DNA of 64,000 nt from Candidatus Nealsonbacteria bacterium. Its GTDB lineage: Bacteria > Patescibacteriota > Minisyncoccia > Minisyncoccales > CSSED10-335. The notes below the pieces were generated by a model. The model ran no database searches and was not told where the DNA came from. It saw only the letters and a list, made by a program, of their open reading frames with translations. The position numbers were made by a program, and so were the translations under genes. The stretch is from assembly GCA_019923605.1 (NCBI GenBank), contig JAHXGM010000001.1, forward strand, positions 398-64,397, written 5' to 3'. Each line of letters starts with the position of its first letter. Position 1 is the stretch's first letter. Shown here one piece after another: positions 11,048-21,155 of the stretch.

Positions 11048-11608
11048 ATGATAAATTTGAAAGAAAAATACAAAAAAGAAGTTATACCTGAGATGCTAAA
11101 GAAGTTTAATCATGGCAATGTCATGGCTGTCCCAGGAATTGAAAAAGTTGCTATCAATATCAGTTTTGGACGAGAGACAGTTAGCAAGAGTGGAGATGAA
11201 TTAAAGAAGTTTATGGCTGTCATAGGAAACGACTTATCTTTAATAACTGGACAGAAGCCTTCGATGAGAAGGGCAAAAAAATCAATTTCTGGATTTAAGC
11301 TTAGAGAAGGAATTATTGTTGGTTCAAAGGTTACACTAAGAGGCAAAAGAATGTATGATTTCTTAGATAAGTTAGTTCACGTTGCTCTTCCAAGAGCTAG
11401 AGATTTTAAAGGTTTAGGCTTAAATAATTTCGATAAGAGCGGAAATTTGACTATCGGAATTAAAGAGCATATAATTTTCCCTGAAGTTTCCGCAGACAAG
11501 ATCAAGAGTATTCTTGGTTTACAGATTACCATAGTAACTGGTGCTAAAAATAAAGAAGAAGGAATAGAATTATTAAGATTATTGGGATTCCCACTTAAAA
11601 AACAATAA
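11048..11608 (+). CDS. rplE: 50S ribosomal protein L5
   Basis: Internal Met [12 protein letters not shown]... gives the L5 N-terminus. The ORF track start at 11027 overlaps rplX. Confidence 0.9.
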   Translation: MINLKEKYKKEVIPEMLKKFNHGNVMAVPGIEKVAINISFGRETVSKSGDELKKFMAVIGNDLSLITGQKPSMRRAKKSISGFKLREGIIVGSKVTLRGKRMYDFLDKLVHVALPRARDFKGLGLNNFDKSGNLTIGIKEHIIFPEVSADKIKSILGLQITIVTGAKNKEEGIELLRLLGFPLKKQ

Positions 11609-11612
11609 AAAA

Positions 11613-11798
11613 ATGGCCAAGAAGTCGCAAATAGCAAAATCAGAAAAAGAACCTAAATTTTCTACACGCATAGTTAGAAGATGTTTTCGATGCGGGCGTG
11701 CAAGAGGATATATGAGAGATTTCGATCTATGTAGAATTTGCTTTAGAGAAATGGCTAATGAAGGATTGATTCCCGGAGTTAAAAAATCTAGCTGGTAA
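11613..11798 (+). CDS. rpsZ: 30S ribosomal protein S14, type Z (zinc-binding)
   Basis: 61 aa with CxxC...CxxC ([23 protein letters not shown]). Confidence 0.93.
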   Translation: MAKKSQIAKSEKEPKFSTRIVRRCFRCGRARGYMRDFDLCRICFREMANEGLIPGVKKSSW

Positions 11799-11807
11799 AT
11801 TAAAATT

Positions 11808-12200
11808 ATGACAACAGATCCAATTGCAGACATGATAAATGGAATAAAAAACGGTCAGGCTGTTTTTAAGACAACAGCCAAGGTTCCTTTTTCTAATTTA
11901 AAATATGAAATCGCCAAGGTTTTAGAAAATAATGGATGGGTTGAGAAGGTTGAAAAGAAAGGAAAAAAAACAACCAAGACCATTGAGATTACTTTAAAGT
12001 ACGAAGATAATAAGCCGGTCATTTCCAATATTAAAAAAATATCAAAACCTGGACAAAGGATATATATCCCAGCTAGCAAGATAAGGAAAGTTAGAGATGG
12101 TTTTGGAATGTCAATTATTTCAACCCCCAAGGGAATCATGAACAACTATCAAGCCAGAAAAGCTAATCTTGGTGGAGAAATACTAATTGAAGTATATTAA
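11808..12200 (+). CDS. rpsH: 30S ribosomal protein S8
   Basis: MTTDPIADMINGIKN is an S8 N-terminus, canonical position. Confidence 0.93.
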   Translation: MTTDPIADMINGIKNGQAVFKTTAKVPFSNLKYEIAKVLENNGWVEKVEKKGKKTTKTIEITLKYEDNKPVISNIKKISKPGQRIYIPASKIRKVRDGFGMSIISTPKGIMNNYQARKANLGGEILIEVY

Positions 12201-12204
12201 AATT

Positions 12205-12750
12205 ATGTCTAGAATAGGAAAGAAGCCAATAATAATACCGAAGGGAGTAGAAATCACTCTAGAGGGTCATACCGTCAAAGCAAAGGGTCCTAAGGGAGAA
12301 CTTCAAACAAAGATTAGGCCAGAGATCGGAGTAGAAATTAAAGATGATCAAGTGATTGTAACTCCAGTCAAAGAAACTAAGAAATCAAATGCTTTTTGGG
12401 GACTATCAAGATCTCTTATTGCCAATATGACAACAGGAGTGAGTGAAGGATATCAAACAAAACTTTTGATAGAAGGTGTTGGTTACAAAGTCGCTCTTGA
12501 AGGGCAAGACCTTGTTTTTCAACTAGGATTTTCTCACCCAGTTAAAATTTCACCAAGAGAAGGTATAACTTTTTCTATTGAGAAAAATTCATTTATAGTT
12601 TCAGGAATTAATAAGCAATTAGTAACACAGGTAGCGGCCAATATTAGAAAGATTAAGCCGCCAGATCCATATAAAGGAAAGGGAATAAGATACGAAGGAG
12701 AAATTATTAAAAAGAAAGTAGGTAAGAAGGCAACAGGAGCCAGAGGATAA
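12205..12750 (+). CDS. rplF: 50S ribosomal protein L6
   Basis: [17 protein letters not shown] is an L6 N-terminus. The ORF track start at 12187 overlaps rpsH. Confidence 0.92.
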   Translation: MSRIGKKPIIIPKGVEITLEGHTVKAKGPKGELQTKIRPEIGVEIKDDQVIVTPVKETKKSNAFWGLSRSLIANMTTGVSEGYQTKLLIEGVGYKVALEGQDLVFQLGFSHPVKISPREGITFSIEKNSFIVSGINKQLVTQVAANIRKIKPPDPYKGKGIRYEGEIIKKKVGKKATGARG

Positions 12751-12751
12751 T

Positions 12752-13114
12752 ATGTTAAATGCAAGATTACAAAGACAAAAAAGAGTAAGAGCTAAGTTGA
12801 TCGGAACGAGTGAAAAACCAAGACTCTCTGTTTTTAGATCGTCTAAACAAATTTACGCTCAACTGGTAGATGATGCCAATGGGAAGACTATTGCTTCTGC
12901 AAGGAGCTATGAAGTCAAGGAAGAAAAATCTGATAAGCACTCCAAAGATCTTAAAGCCAAGACTCTCTTAGCCTACAACACTGGAAAATTACTTGCAAAG
13001 AAAGCTCAAGAAAAAGGAGTAACAAAGGTCATCTTTGATAGAGGGAGTTATCTTTACCACGGAAGAGTGGAAGCCTTAGCCAAGGGAGCCAGAAAGGGCG
13101 GATTAAACTTTTAA
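12752..13114 (+). CDS. rplR: 50S ribosomal protein L18
   Basis: L18-like sequence, canonical position. Confidence 0.9.
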   Translation: MLNARLQRQKRVRAKLIGTSEKPRLSVFRSSKQIYAQLVDDANGKTIASARSYEVKEEKSDKHSKDLKAKTLLAYNTGKLLAKKAQEKGVTKVIFDRGSYLYHGRVEALAKGARKGGLNF

Positions 13115-13124
13115 TTAATTTATT

Positions 13125-13658
13125 ATGACGGTTCAAAAAGAAATTCCCAAAAATGAAGAGTTCGAATCCAAGCTACTGAATCTTTCTAGGGTAGAGAGGA
13201 TGACCGGCGGAGGAAGACGATTGCGTTTTCAGGCTGTCGTTGTGGTTGGAGATAAAAATGGAAAAGTAGGAGTAGCTTCTGCAAAGTCAACTGATGTGAG
13301 TCAAGCTATTGAAAAAGCAACAAAGATGGCCAAGAAAAGAATGATCACAGTGTTAATGGTTGATGATACTATTCCTCACCAAACTGAAGCTAAATTTGGA
13401 GCTGCTCAAATAATTCTAAGACCTCAGATTAAGGGTCGCGGACTAGTAGCTGGAGGTACTATTAGAACAATCTGTCTTTTAGCAGGTATTAAGAATATTT
13501 CCGCTAAAGCAATTAGTAGAACAGATAATAAGCTAAATAATGCCAAGGCAACCATTAAGGCTTTAGAAAAATTAAAAGTTAAAGAATCAAAGAAGGTCGT
13601 CTTAGCGGATTCATCCGAGAAGACGGAAACTGAAAATCATGCAACTTCATCAAATTAA
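13125..13658 (+). CDS. rpsE: 30S ribosomal protein S5
   Basis: S5 dsRBD and S5 domain 2 signature (GGRRLRFQAVVVVGDKNGKVG). Confidence 0.93.
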   Translation: MTVQKEIPKNEEFESKLLNLSRVERMTGGGRRLRFQAVVVVGDKNGKVGVASAKSTDVSQAIEKATKMAKKRMITVLMVDDTIPHQTEAKFGAAQIILRPQIKGRGLVAGGTIRTICLLAGIKNISAKAISRTDNKLNNAKATIKALEKLKVKESKKVVLADSSEKTETENHATSSN

Positions 13659-14067
13659 ACCAACAACTAAACGAAAGAAGGATAAACGAGTCGGACGAGG
13701 CGGAAAGAAAGGAACCTTTTCCGGCAAGGGTGTTAAGGGGCAAAAATCTAGAGCTGGACGAAAGCTCGTTCCTTCAATTAGGGGAATAATAAAGAAGTAC
13801 CATAAGCTTAAAGGATACAGAGTTAATGCCATTGATAAGGGAATAGCCGTCGTTAATTTGAATTTGATAAATAACAAATATGCTGCAAATGAAATCGTCT
13901 CCCCCGAAACTTTATTAGAAAAAGGATTAATAAGAAAGGAAGCTGGAAAGCTCCCAGTAGTGAAGATATTATCTGATGGAGAAATAAGTAAGCCTTTAGT
14001 ATTTAAGGGATGTCAGTATTCAAAAACAACAGAAGAAAAAATTAAAAAATCCGAAGGAAAGATATAA
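13639..14067 (+). CDS. rplO: 50S ribosomal protein L15
   Basis: MQLHQIKP...GRGGKKGTFSGKG is an L15 N-terminus. It overlaps the rpsE end with no L30 gene between. Confidence 0.9.
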   Translation: MQLHQIKPTTKRKKDKRVGRGGKKGTFSGKGVKGQKSRAGRKLVPSIRGIIKKYHKLKGYRVNAIDKGIAVVNLNLINNKYAANEIVSPETLLEKGLIRKEAGKLPVVKILSDGEISKPLVFKGCQYSKTTEEKIKKSEGKI

Positions 14068-14075
14068 AATAAAAT

Positions 14076-15377
14076 ATGTTTGAAAAGATCATCCAAATTT
14101 TTAAAATAGAAGACTTAAGAAAGAAAATCCTTTTTGTCTTATCTATGTTTGTTGTCTTTAGGTTGATGTCCAACATTCCTATGCCAGGCATTGATCAATC
14201 AAGGTTGGCCAGTTTTTTTCAAGATTTTGAGATTTTCAGATTCGCCAGTGCGCTTACCGGAGGAGCTTTAGATAAATTTTCTATTGTCATGCTTGGGCTT
14301 GGTCCGTATATTACAGCTACCATTATTATGCAGCTTCTGACTATGATTATTCCTCAACTGGAGAGACTTCAAAAAGAAGAAGGAGATGTAGGACGACAGA
14401 AAATTAATCAATATGGAAGAATACTTACAGTACCGTTTGCCTTTTTTCAAGGGTTTGCAATGCTTACTCTTTTCCAAAGGGAAGGAGTTATACTTCCTCT
14501 TAGTAGTATAGGGATGATAACATCACTATTAATCATAACTGCTGGAACCGTTCTTCTAATGTGGATTGGGGAATTAATAACCAAAAGGGGAATTGGAAAT
14601 GGGGTCTCTCTTTTGATTTTTGCCGCTATAATAGCCGAATTTCCGGGGAATGTTAGGAATATGATTTTGAGTATTACTGATCAGCCAGGAGCCCTTCAAT
14701 CATATTTTCTTTTGTTCGCCATGATTATTCTGATTATAATCGGAGTTGTTTACTTTAATGAGGCAAGAAGAAATATTCCTGTTTCTTATGCTAAACAAGT
14801 AAGGGGAATGAAAATGTATGGTGGTGCATCAACATACCTTCCTTTGAATCTTAACCCTGCAGGAGTAATACCTATCATTTTTGCTTTTTCAATTGCTTTC
14901 CTTCCCTCTATATTGGTTGGTGTTATTTCCGGAGTTAGTTCTGGATTTTTAGCTCAAACTGCTCAAATGATTGGTTCATATTTGGAAAGCCTTTGGGTAT
15001 TAGGTTCTATTATATTTATATTAGTATTTCTTTTTACTTATTTTTACACTGCAGTTACTTTTGATCCAAAGAATGTAGCCGAGAATCTTCAGAAAATGGG
15101 TGGATTTATTCCAGGGATTAGACCTGGGGCACCAACTGCAAAATATCTAAATCATATTCTAAATAGAGTTCTTTTCCTTGGAGGATTCTTTTTGGCAGTA
15201 ATTGCTGTTATGCCTTGGATTGTTCAAGGATTAATTCAAGTAATAACTGGAACAGGGATAGAAGATTTTGGCTTCTTAATTGGAGGCGCATCCGTATTAA
15301 TTATTGTTAGTGTAGTTTTAGAGACTATGAAGCAAGTCAAAGCACAGCTTCAGATGAGAGAGTACGAAACATTTTAA
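14076..15377 (+). CDS. secY: Preprotein translocase subunit SecY
   Basis: 433 aa, 10-TM profile, canonical position after rplO. Confidence 0.93.
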   Translation: MFEKIIQIFKIEDLRKKILFVLSMFVVFRLMSNIPMPGIDQSRLASFFQDFEIFRFASALTGGALDKFSIVMLGLGPYITATIIMQLLTMIIPQLERLQKEEGDVGRQKINQYGRILTVPFAFFQGFAMLTLFQREGVILPLSSIGMITSLLIITAGTVLLMWIGELITKRGIGNGVSLLIFAAIIAEFPGNVRNMILSITDQPGALQSYFLLFAMIILIIIGVVYFNEARRNIPVSYAKQVRGMKMYGGASTYLPLNLNPAGVIPIIFAFSIAFLPSILVGVISGVSSGFLAQTAQMIGSYLESLWVLGSIIFILVFLFTYFYTAVTFDPKNVAENLQKMGGFIPGIRPGAPTAKYLNHILNRVLFLGGFFLAVIAVMPWIVQGLIQVITGTGIEDFGFLIGGASVLIIVSVVLETMKQVKAQLQMREYETF

Positions 15378-15392
15378 CAACAATAAATAACT

Positions 15393-16049
15393 ATGAAAAA
15401 AAACCGGGTTGTTATCCTTTTAGGTCCTCCTGGATCAGGAAAGGGAACACAGGCAAAACTATTAAAAGAAAGATTTAACTTGGAAGCTATCGGAAGTGGA
15501 AACATTCTAAGAGCTAGAATGAAACAAGATGATTACACCGGCAAGAAGATCGGTGAGGTCATAAATAAGGGAAAAAGAATCCCTACACCAGTTATCTTCA
15601 TGCTATGGATGAAGGAATTGGAGGCAATAAAACAAAGAACTGGATCCCAGGGCTTTATTTTTGACGGAAGTCCCCGAACTGTTTTTGAAGCAAAAATGTT
15701 AGAAGATGCCTTGGAGTGGTATGGGTGGCACAAAGAAAAGAAAGTCATCTTTATTAATCTGTCTAAAAGAGAAGTTTTGAAACGTCTCAAAACAAGAAGA
15801 ATATGTAGTGTTTGCGGAGAAATTGCTATTGCTAACGGATCTAAATTAAAAGATTGCCTAAAATGTAAGGGTAAAATGATTGTAAGGCCGGATGATAATA
15901 TAGAGGGAGTGATGACAAGATGGGAGTGGTTTAATAAAGAGGTACGACCAACAGTTAATTATTACAAGAAAAAAGAAGGCATTACTATTATTGACGGTAG
16001 TCAGTCAGTAGAAGATGTCTCAAGAGATATTCTGAAAGCAATGAAATAA
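15393..16049 (+). CDS. adk: Adenylate kinase with a zinc-binding LID
   Basis: P-loop GPPGSGKGTQ and LID CSVCGE...CLKCKG (four Cys). Confidence 0.92.
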   Translation: MKKNRVVILLGPPGSGKGTQAKLLKERFNLEAIGSGNILRARMKQDDYTGKKIGEVINKGKRIPTPVIFMLWMKELEAIKQRTGSQGFIFDGSPRTVFEAKMLEDALEWYGWHKEKKVIFINLSKREVLKRLKTRRICSVCGEIAIANGSKLKDCLKCKGKMIVRPDDNIEGVMTRWEWFNKEVRPTVNYYKKKEGITIIDGSQSVEDVSRDILKAMK

Positions 16050-16051
16050 TC

Positions 16052-16630
16052 ATGCAAGATAATATAATTGTTTGTATTGTAGGAATGCCGGGGGCCGGTA
16101 AAAGTATTCTTTCCGATGAATTAGTAGGAAGGGGCTTTTCTTATTTAAGATTTGGCCAAGCGATATTGGATCGAGTAAAACAAGAAGGGCTTGAAATTAA
16201 TGAAAATAATGAGAGAATGATAAGAGAGCGGATACGCAAAGAACATGGAATGGCTGCGCTTGCTATTCTTAATACTCCCAAGATAGATGAATTGATTATC
16301 AATTCTAACCTAGTTGTTGACGGCCTTTACAGCTGGTCGGAATATAAGGTGCTAAAGGATAGATATCAAGATAAAATGTATGTAGTAGCCGTTTATGCCC
16401 CTCCAGCAGTAAGGTATTCAAGGCTTAAGGACCGTACAGTTAAGGGTGATAAAGAAGCGAGGTTTAGAAGTTATACCGAAGAGGAGGCAAGAAAACGAGA
16501 TTATGCTGAAATAGAAAATATAGAGAAAGGCGGGCCTATTGCTATGGCAGATTTCACTATTATCAACATTAGGAGTATTGATGATTTTAAAAGAGAACTA
16601 AACTCAATATTTTTAGAAATAAAAAAATGA
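16052..16630 (+). CDS. Second P-loop nucleotide/nucleoside kinase (archaeal-type CMP kinase or dephospho-CoA-kinase-like)
   Basis: Walker A GMPGAGKS near the N-terminus, about 192 aa, kinase-like layout. The exact substrate cannot be assigned from sequence alone. Confidence 0.5.
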   Translation: MQDNIIVCIVGMPGAGKSILSDELVGRGFSYLRFGQAILDRVKQEGLEINENNERMIRERIRKEHGMAALAILNTPKIDELIINSNLVVDGLYSWSEYKVLKDRYQDKMYVVAVYAPPAVRYSRLKDRTVKGDKEARFRSYTEEEARKRDYAEIENIEKGGPIAMADFTIINIRSIDDFKRELNSIFLEIKK

Positions 16631-17370
16631 TCTCAATAAAGAATCCAAAAGAGATTCAAATAATGAGGGAGGGGGGTAAGATTTTGGCAGAAATCATAGA
16701 GCAGCTTAAATCTCAAGTTAGACCAGGAATTACTACTCAAGCATTAGACAAGCTTGCAGAGAATCTGATTTTAAAACATGGAAAACCTTCTTTTAAAAAT
16801 TACAAGGGATTTCCTAATACTTTATGCACCTCAATAAATAGTCAAATAGTTCATGGAATGCCATCTAAAAAAGAATTAACGGATGGAGATATTTTATCAT
16901 TAGACCTTGGAATAGAATATAAAGGATTCCATACTGATATGGCTTTAACTATTCCGGTGGGGGAGGTTGATCCTGAAGTCTTGAGATTAATAAGAACAAC
17001 TAAAAAAGCCCTCAAAAGAGGTATAAAGAAAGTTCATCCAGGTAATACTTTCGGAGACTTGGGTAATACTATTCAAAGATGTATTGAATCTCAGGGATTT
17101 GTAGTTATTAAAAATTTATGTGGCCATGGAATTGGAAGGGAACTTCATGAAGAACCAAATGTATTGAATTATGGAAAAAGAAAGACCGGTTCCCAAATTA
17201 AAGAGGGGATGGTTTTTTGTATTGAGCCAATGGCATCAATAAGTTCATCAGAGATGAAAGGGGGTGCTGACGGTTATGCCTTAGAAACAAAAGATGGATC
17301 TTTTTCTGCTCATTTCGAACATACTGTTGCGGTTACTGAAAGAGGTTGCATTGTTCTGACAGAACTTTAA
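16627..17370 (+). CDS. map: Methionine aminopeptidase type I
   Basis: Pita-bread fold metal ligands (D..D...H...E...E pattern; LCGHGIGRELHEEP). Confidence 0.92.
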   Translation: MISIKNPKEIQIMREGGKILAEIIEQLKSQVRPGITTQALDKLAENLILKHGKPSFKNYKGFPNTLCTSINSQIVHGMPSKKELTDGDILSLDLGIEYKGFHTDMALTIPVGEVDPEVLRLIRTTKKALKRGIKKVHPGNTFGDLGNTIQRCIESQGFVVIKNLCGHGIGRELHEEPNVLNYGKRKTGSQIKEGMVFCIEPMASISSSEMKGGADGYALETKDGSFSAHFEHTVAVTERGCIVLTEL

Positions 17371-17379
17371 TGTTATAAT
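17371..17379 (+). promoter_or_regulatory. Possible extended -10 element (TGtTATAAT) downstream of map
   Basis: TGTTATAAT at 17371-17379, about 120 nt upstream of the next CDS. Weak evidence only. Confidence 0.2.
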
Positions 17380-17498
17380 TTTTATTATAAAATAAAAATA
17401 TGCGTTTTTTAGATAAATAATTTTGATTCTAAAGTTGGTCTTAAAGGATACCTTCAAGTATTTAAATAAGATGGTATTATCTAAAAGGTTTTTATAAA

Positions 17499-18530
17499 AT
17501 GAAAAATAAAAAAAACGAAAAATTCCCCTCAGAGCTTAGACTGGATAAAACTTCAAAGGATTGGGTTGTTATCGCTACTGGTCGAGCCAAGAGACCGGAG
17601 ATGTTTAAGAAGGAGCGTCGGAAAGGAAAAAAAGTACCGAAAGGAGAATGTCCTTTTTGTAATCTTTCAGAGCAGGAGTCACCAGTTCTTGCTTATTCAA
17701 AGGGCAAGAAAATGGATAAAAATAACCCAAAAGGCTGGACCACTATATCAATACCAAACAAATATCCTGCTTTTGTTCCGTCAAAAACTTTAAATAGGAA
17801 AGAAGAAAATGGTTTTTTTGAAACCATGAATGCCGTTGGTTTCCATGAAGTTATTGTTACATCAGACCATGAAAAATCATTAGCCCTTTTACCAAAAGAG
17901 CATGTTAAAGAGGTAATTGATGTTTATGTAGATAGATACAGGAATTTAATTAAGAAGAAATTAATCAATTACGTTGCTATATTTCATAATCATGGAGCTG
18001 AAGCCGGAGCATCAATATATCATCCACACTCTCAATTAATCGCTCTTCCTCTTATTGACCCTGATCTTAAAGATGCTCTTGCTAGAGCTAGGAAGTATAA
18101 AAAAACTAAAGATTGTATTTATTGTAGATTAAATGAGTGGGAGCTAAAAAAGGGAGAGAGGATTGTTTACCAAAACGAAGACTTTATTGCAGTTTGTCCT
18201 TTTGCTTCAAAAGCTGCCTTTCAGGTAATCATTTCTCCTAAAAAACATTTGGCTTTTTTTGAAAAGATTACTGAGTGCGAAAAAACCAATCTTGCAGATG
18301 TATTTAAGGTTGTTTTGGCGAAGCTTCATAAAGGACTAGGAGATCCGGCCTATAATTTTTATCTTCATTCGGCTCCATCAGATGGCAGCGATCACTCTTA
18401 CTATCATTGGCATTGGACTATTTTGCCTAAAACTTCAATCTGGGCCGGATTTGAATTGGGCGTTGGTATAGAGATATCAACTATTGAACCAGAAAAAGCA
18501 ACGGAATATCTAAGAAGCCAAGAAATTTGA
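17499..18530 (+). CDS. Galactose-1-phosphate uridylyltransferase family (HIT superfamily branch III) nucleotidyltransferase
   Basis: Zn site CPFC and active-site FHNHG...HPHSQ, matching the GalT HPHGQ motif; 343 aa. Confidence 0.7.
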   Translation: MKNKKNEKFPSELRLDKTSKDWVVIATGRAKRPEMFKKERRKGKKVPKGECPFCNLSEQESPVLAYSKGKKMDKNNPKGWTTISIPNKYPAFVPSKTLNRKEENGFFETMNAVGFHEVIVTSDHEKSLALLPKEHVKEVIDVYVDRYRNLIKKKLINYVAIFHNHGAEAGASIYHPHSQLIALPLIDPDLKDALARARKYKKTKDCIYCRLNEWELKKGERIVYQNEDFIAVCPFASKAAFQVIISPKKHLAFFEKITECEKTNLADVFKVVLAKLHKGLGDPAYNFYLHSAPSDGSDHSYYHWHWTILPKTSIWAGFELGVGIEISTIEPEKATEYLRSQEI

Positions 18531-18537
18531 TTTTAAT

Positions 18538-19239
18538 ATGAGGAAAATAATCATTGCCAATTGGAAGATGAATCCTTCAACATTGGATCAATCGTTAAAA
18601 TTGGCCAAATCTATAGGATTTGATTCAAGGGTGGTTATTTGTCCACCTTTTCCTTATTTAAATCAGCTTAAAAATCTTGGTGTCTCAATTGGAGCACAAG
18701 ACTCTTTCTGGGAAAGAGAAGGAGCTTTTACGGGAGAAGTTTCTCCAGTTATGCTGAAAAAAATTGGATGCAAATATATTATTATTGGTCATTCTGAGAG
18801 GAGATGGGTATTGAGCGAAACTAATGATATAATTAACAAGAAGATAAAAGCCTGTTTAGCGGAGGGCCTCAAAGTTATTTTTTGCATAGGAGAGAAAGAG
18901 GAGGAGAGGAAGAGGGGTAAAGAGTTTGATGTTTTAAAGAGTCAAATAAAAGAAGGACTGAAAGGAATTTTGATAGATGATTACTCAAAGATTGTTATTG
19001 CTTACGAACCAGTTTGGGCAATTGGAACTGGAAATGCTTGTAGTCCAGACGAAGCGGAAGAGATGAGAGTTTTCATTAAGAAGATGTTTGGGGATTTAGC
19101 TGTTTTATACGGTGGGAGCGTAAATGCATTAAATGCCGGTGACTATATTGATAAAGCTTCTTTTGACGGTCTTTTGATAGGGGGAGCATCTCTAAAGACA
19201 GTAGAATTTAAAAGTATTCTGAAGAAAATTAAGCTTTAA
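18538..19239 (+). CDS. tpiA: Triosephosphate isomerase
   Basis: IIANWKMN, IGHSERR and AYEPVWAIGTG motifs. Confidence 0.93.
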   Translation: MRKIIIANWKMNPSTLDQSLKLAKSIGFDSRVVICPPFPYLNQLKNLGVSIGAQDSFWEREGAFTGEVSPVMLKKIGCKYIIIGHSERRWVLSETNDIINKKIKACLAEGLKVIFCIGEKEEERKRGKEFDVLKSQIKEGLKGILIDDYSKIVIAYEPVWAIGTGNACSPDEAEEMRVFIKKMFGDLAVLYGGSVNALNAGDYIDKASFDGLLIGGASLKTVEFKSILKKIKL

Positions 19240-19293
19240 TCAGATTGATTTTAAATTTGACTGGTTAATTTATAATTAGTACTATTAAGGGCA

Positions 19294-21150
19294 ATGAAAT
19301 CACTTGATATAAGAAATAAATTCATTGAATTTTATAAAGAAAGAGGTCATAAGCTAATACCTTCTGCTTCTTTGATACCGGAAAACGACCCGACCTTACT
19401 TTTTGTTAATTCGGGCATGTTTCCCTTGGTTCCTTATCTTTTAGGAGAAGATCATCCTAAAGGAAAAAGGCTTGTTAATTTTCAAAGATCATTTAGAACG
19501 GATGACATTGAAGAAGTGGGGGATAACCGTCATACTACTTTCTTTGAAATGCTTGGAAACTGGTCATTGGGTGATTATTTTAAAGAAGAACAACTTAATT
19601 GGTGGTTTGAGTTTTTAGTTGAAACTATTGGTTTAGATCCTAAAAAGATATATCAAACCGTCTATCTCGGTGATGGCAATATCCCTAAGGATGATGAATC
19701 TATTTCAATACTAAAAAATATATATAATAAGTACGGTATCAAAGCAGAAGAAGGTCCGGAGACTTTGAGTAAAGGTGATTTGGGTCCCGGGGTGGAAATT
19801 GATTTTGATGAGCACAGAATATTTGCATACAGAGATAAAAATTGGTGGCAAAGGGGCGATGCTCTAGGCGAACTTGGTGGCCCAGATTCAGAAACTTTCT
19901 ATGATACAGGTAAAGATCATAATTTAAAATTTGGAGAACATTGTCATATAAACTGCGACTGCGGCAGATTTTTAGAAGTAGGAAATTCAGTTTTTATGCA
20001 ATATCAAAAAACTGAAGATGGGTGGGCTGAATTGAAGAATAAAAATGTTGATTTTGGTGGGGGATTAGAAAGACTTGTTATGGTAACTAGTGGTGTTGAT
20101 AATATTTTTGAAACCGATGTTTTTCTTCCAATTATTTCTGCGATTGAAGATCTTTCAGGAAAAAAATATCGTGATAATTTTAAAGAATTTGAAATTATAG
20201 CTGATCACATTAAAGCAGCCACCTTTATTATGGGAGATGAAAGGGGGGTCGCTCCTTCTAATAAGCAACAAGGATACTTTGTTAGACGTTTAATAAGAAG
20301 GGCGATAAGGTATGGAAAACAAATAGGAATAAATTCTGATGGTTGGTTGAAAAATCTTTCAGTTAAAGTTATAGAAATAAACAAGGATATATATCCTGAA
20401 TTAGAAAATAATTCATCGTTTATTCTGGAAGAAATTGAAAAGGAAGAAAATAGATTTCAGAGTAGTTTAGTTAAGGGGTTGAGAGAATTTGAAAAGATTG
20501 GCGGTGAAAAAGTTATTTCTGGAGAAAACGCTTTTAACCTTTATCAAACATACGGATTCCCCATAGAGATGATATTTGAACTAGCTAATGAGAGAGGGCA
20601 GGAGCTTGATATTTCTAGTTTCCAGGATCAGCTTAAAAGACATAAGGAGCTTTCTCAAGTTACTTCGGCAGGAATGTTTAAGGGAGGTCTTGCAGATTCG
20701 GGAGAGAAGACAACGAAATTCCACACTGCCACTCATTTACTTTTGAAGTCTTTAAGGGAAGTTTTGGGAGAAGAAGTAGCTCAAAAGGGTAGTAATATAA
20801 CTTCAGAGCGATTACGTTTTGATTTCTCTTATTCTAGAAAATTAACTGAACAAGAAATAAAGGAAGTGGAAGATATGGTTAATAACAAGATAGAGGATGA
20901 TTTTGAGGTGACAAAGGAAGAAATGAATTTAGAGGAAGCTTTAAGCTCTGGGGCGCTTGCTTTCTTTGGGGAAAAGTATCCAGATAGAGTAAAAGTTTAT
21001 ACAATTAAAGACGAAGCTGGTAATATTTTCAGTAAGGAAATTTGTCAGGGTCCTCATATTTCAAGAACTTCAGAAATTGGACAATTTAAGATAATTAAAG
21101 AAGAATCGTCTTCGTCGGGAATAAGAAGAATAAAAGCAATAATTAAATAA
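19294..21150 (+). CDS. alaS: Alanine--tRNA ligase, short form lacking the C-Ala domain
   Basis: AlaRS class II N-terminus (FIEFYKERGH...FVNSGM), motif 3 GGGLERL, editing-domain HTATHLL and CQGPH. Only 618 aa. Confidence 0.85.
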   Translation: MKSLDIRNKFIEFYKERGHKLIPSASLIPENDPTLLFVNSGMFPLVPYLLGEDHPKGKRLVNFQRSFRTDDIEEVGDNRHTTFFEMLGNWSLGDYFKEEQLNWWFEFLVETIGLDPKKIYQTVYLGDGNIPKDDESISILKNIYNKYGIKAEEGPETLSKGDLGPGVEIDFDEHRIFAYRDKNWWQRGDALGELGGPDSETFYDTGKDHNLKFGEHCHINCDCGRFLEVGNSVFMQYQKTEDGWAELKNKNVDFGGGLERLVMVTSGVDNIFETDVFLPIISAIEDLSGKKYRDNFKEFEIIADHIKAATFIMGDERGVAPSNKQQGYFVRRLIRRAIRYGKQIGINSDGWLKNLSVKVIEINKDIYPELENNSSFILEEIEKEENRFQSSLVKGLREFEKIGGEKVISGENAFNLYQTYGFPIEMIFELANERGQELDISSFQDQLKRHKELSQVTSAGMFKGGLADSGEKTTKFHTATHLLLKSLREVLGEEVAQKGSNITSERLRFDFSYSRKLTEQEIKEVEDMVNNKIEDDFEVTKEEMNLEEALSSGALAFFGEKYPDRVKVYTIKDEAGNIFSKEICQGPHISRTSEIGQFKIIKEESSSSGIRRIKAIIK

Positions 21151-21155
21151 AAGGC

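Noticed and set aside
17566-17793. 75-aa same-strand ORF inside the GalT-family gene.
   Set aside because: Alternate frame within a gene with clear conserved motifs; no support.
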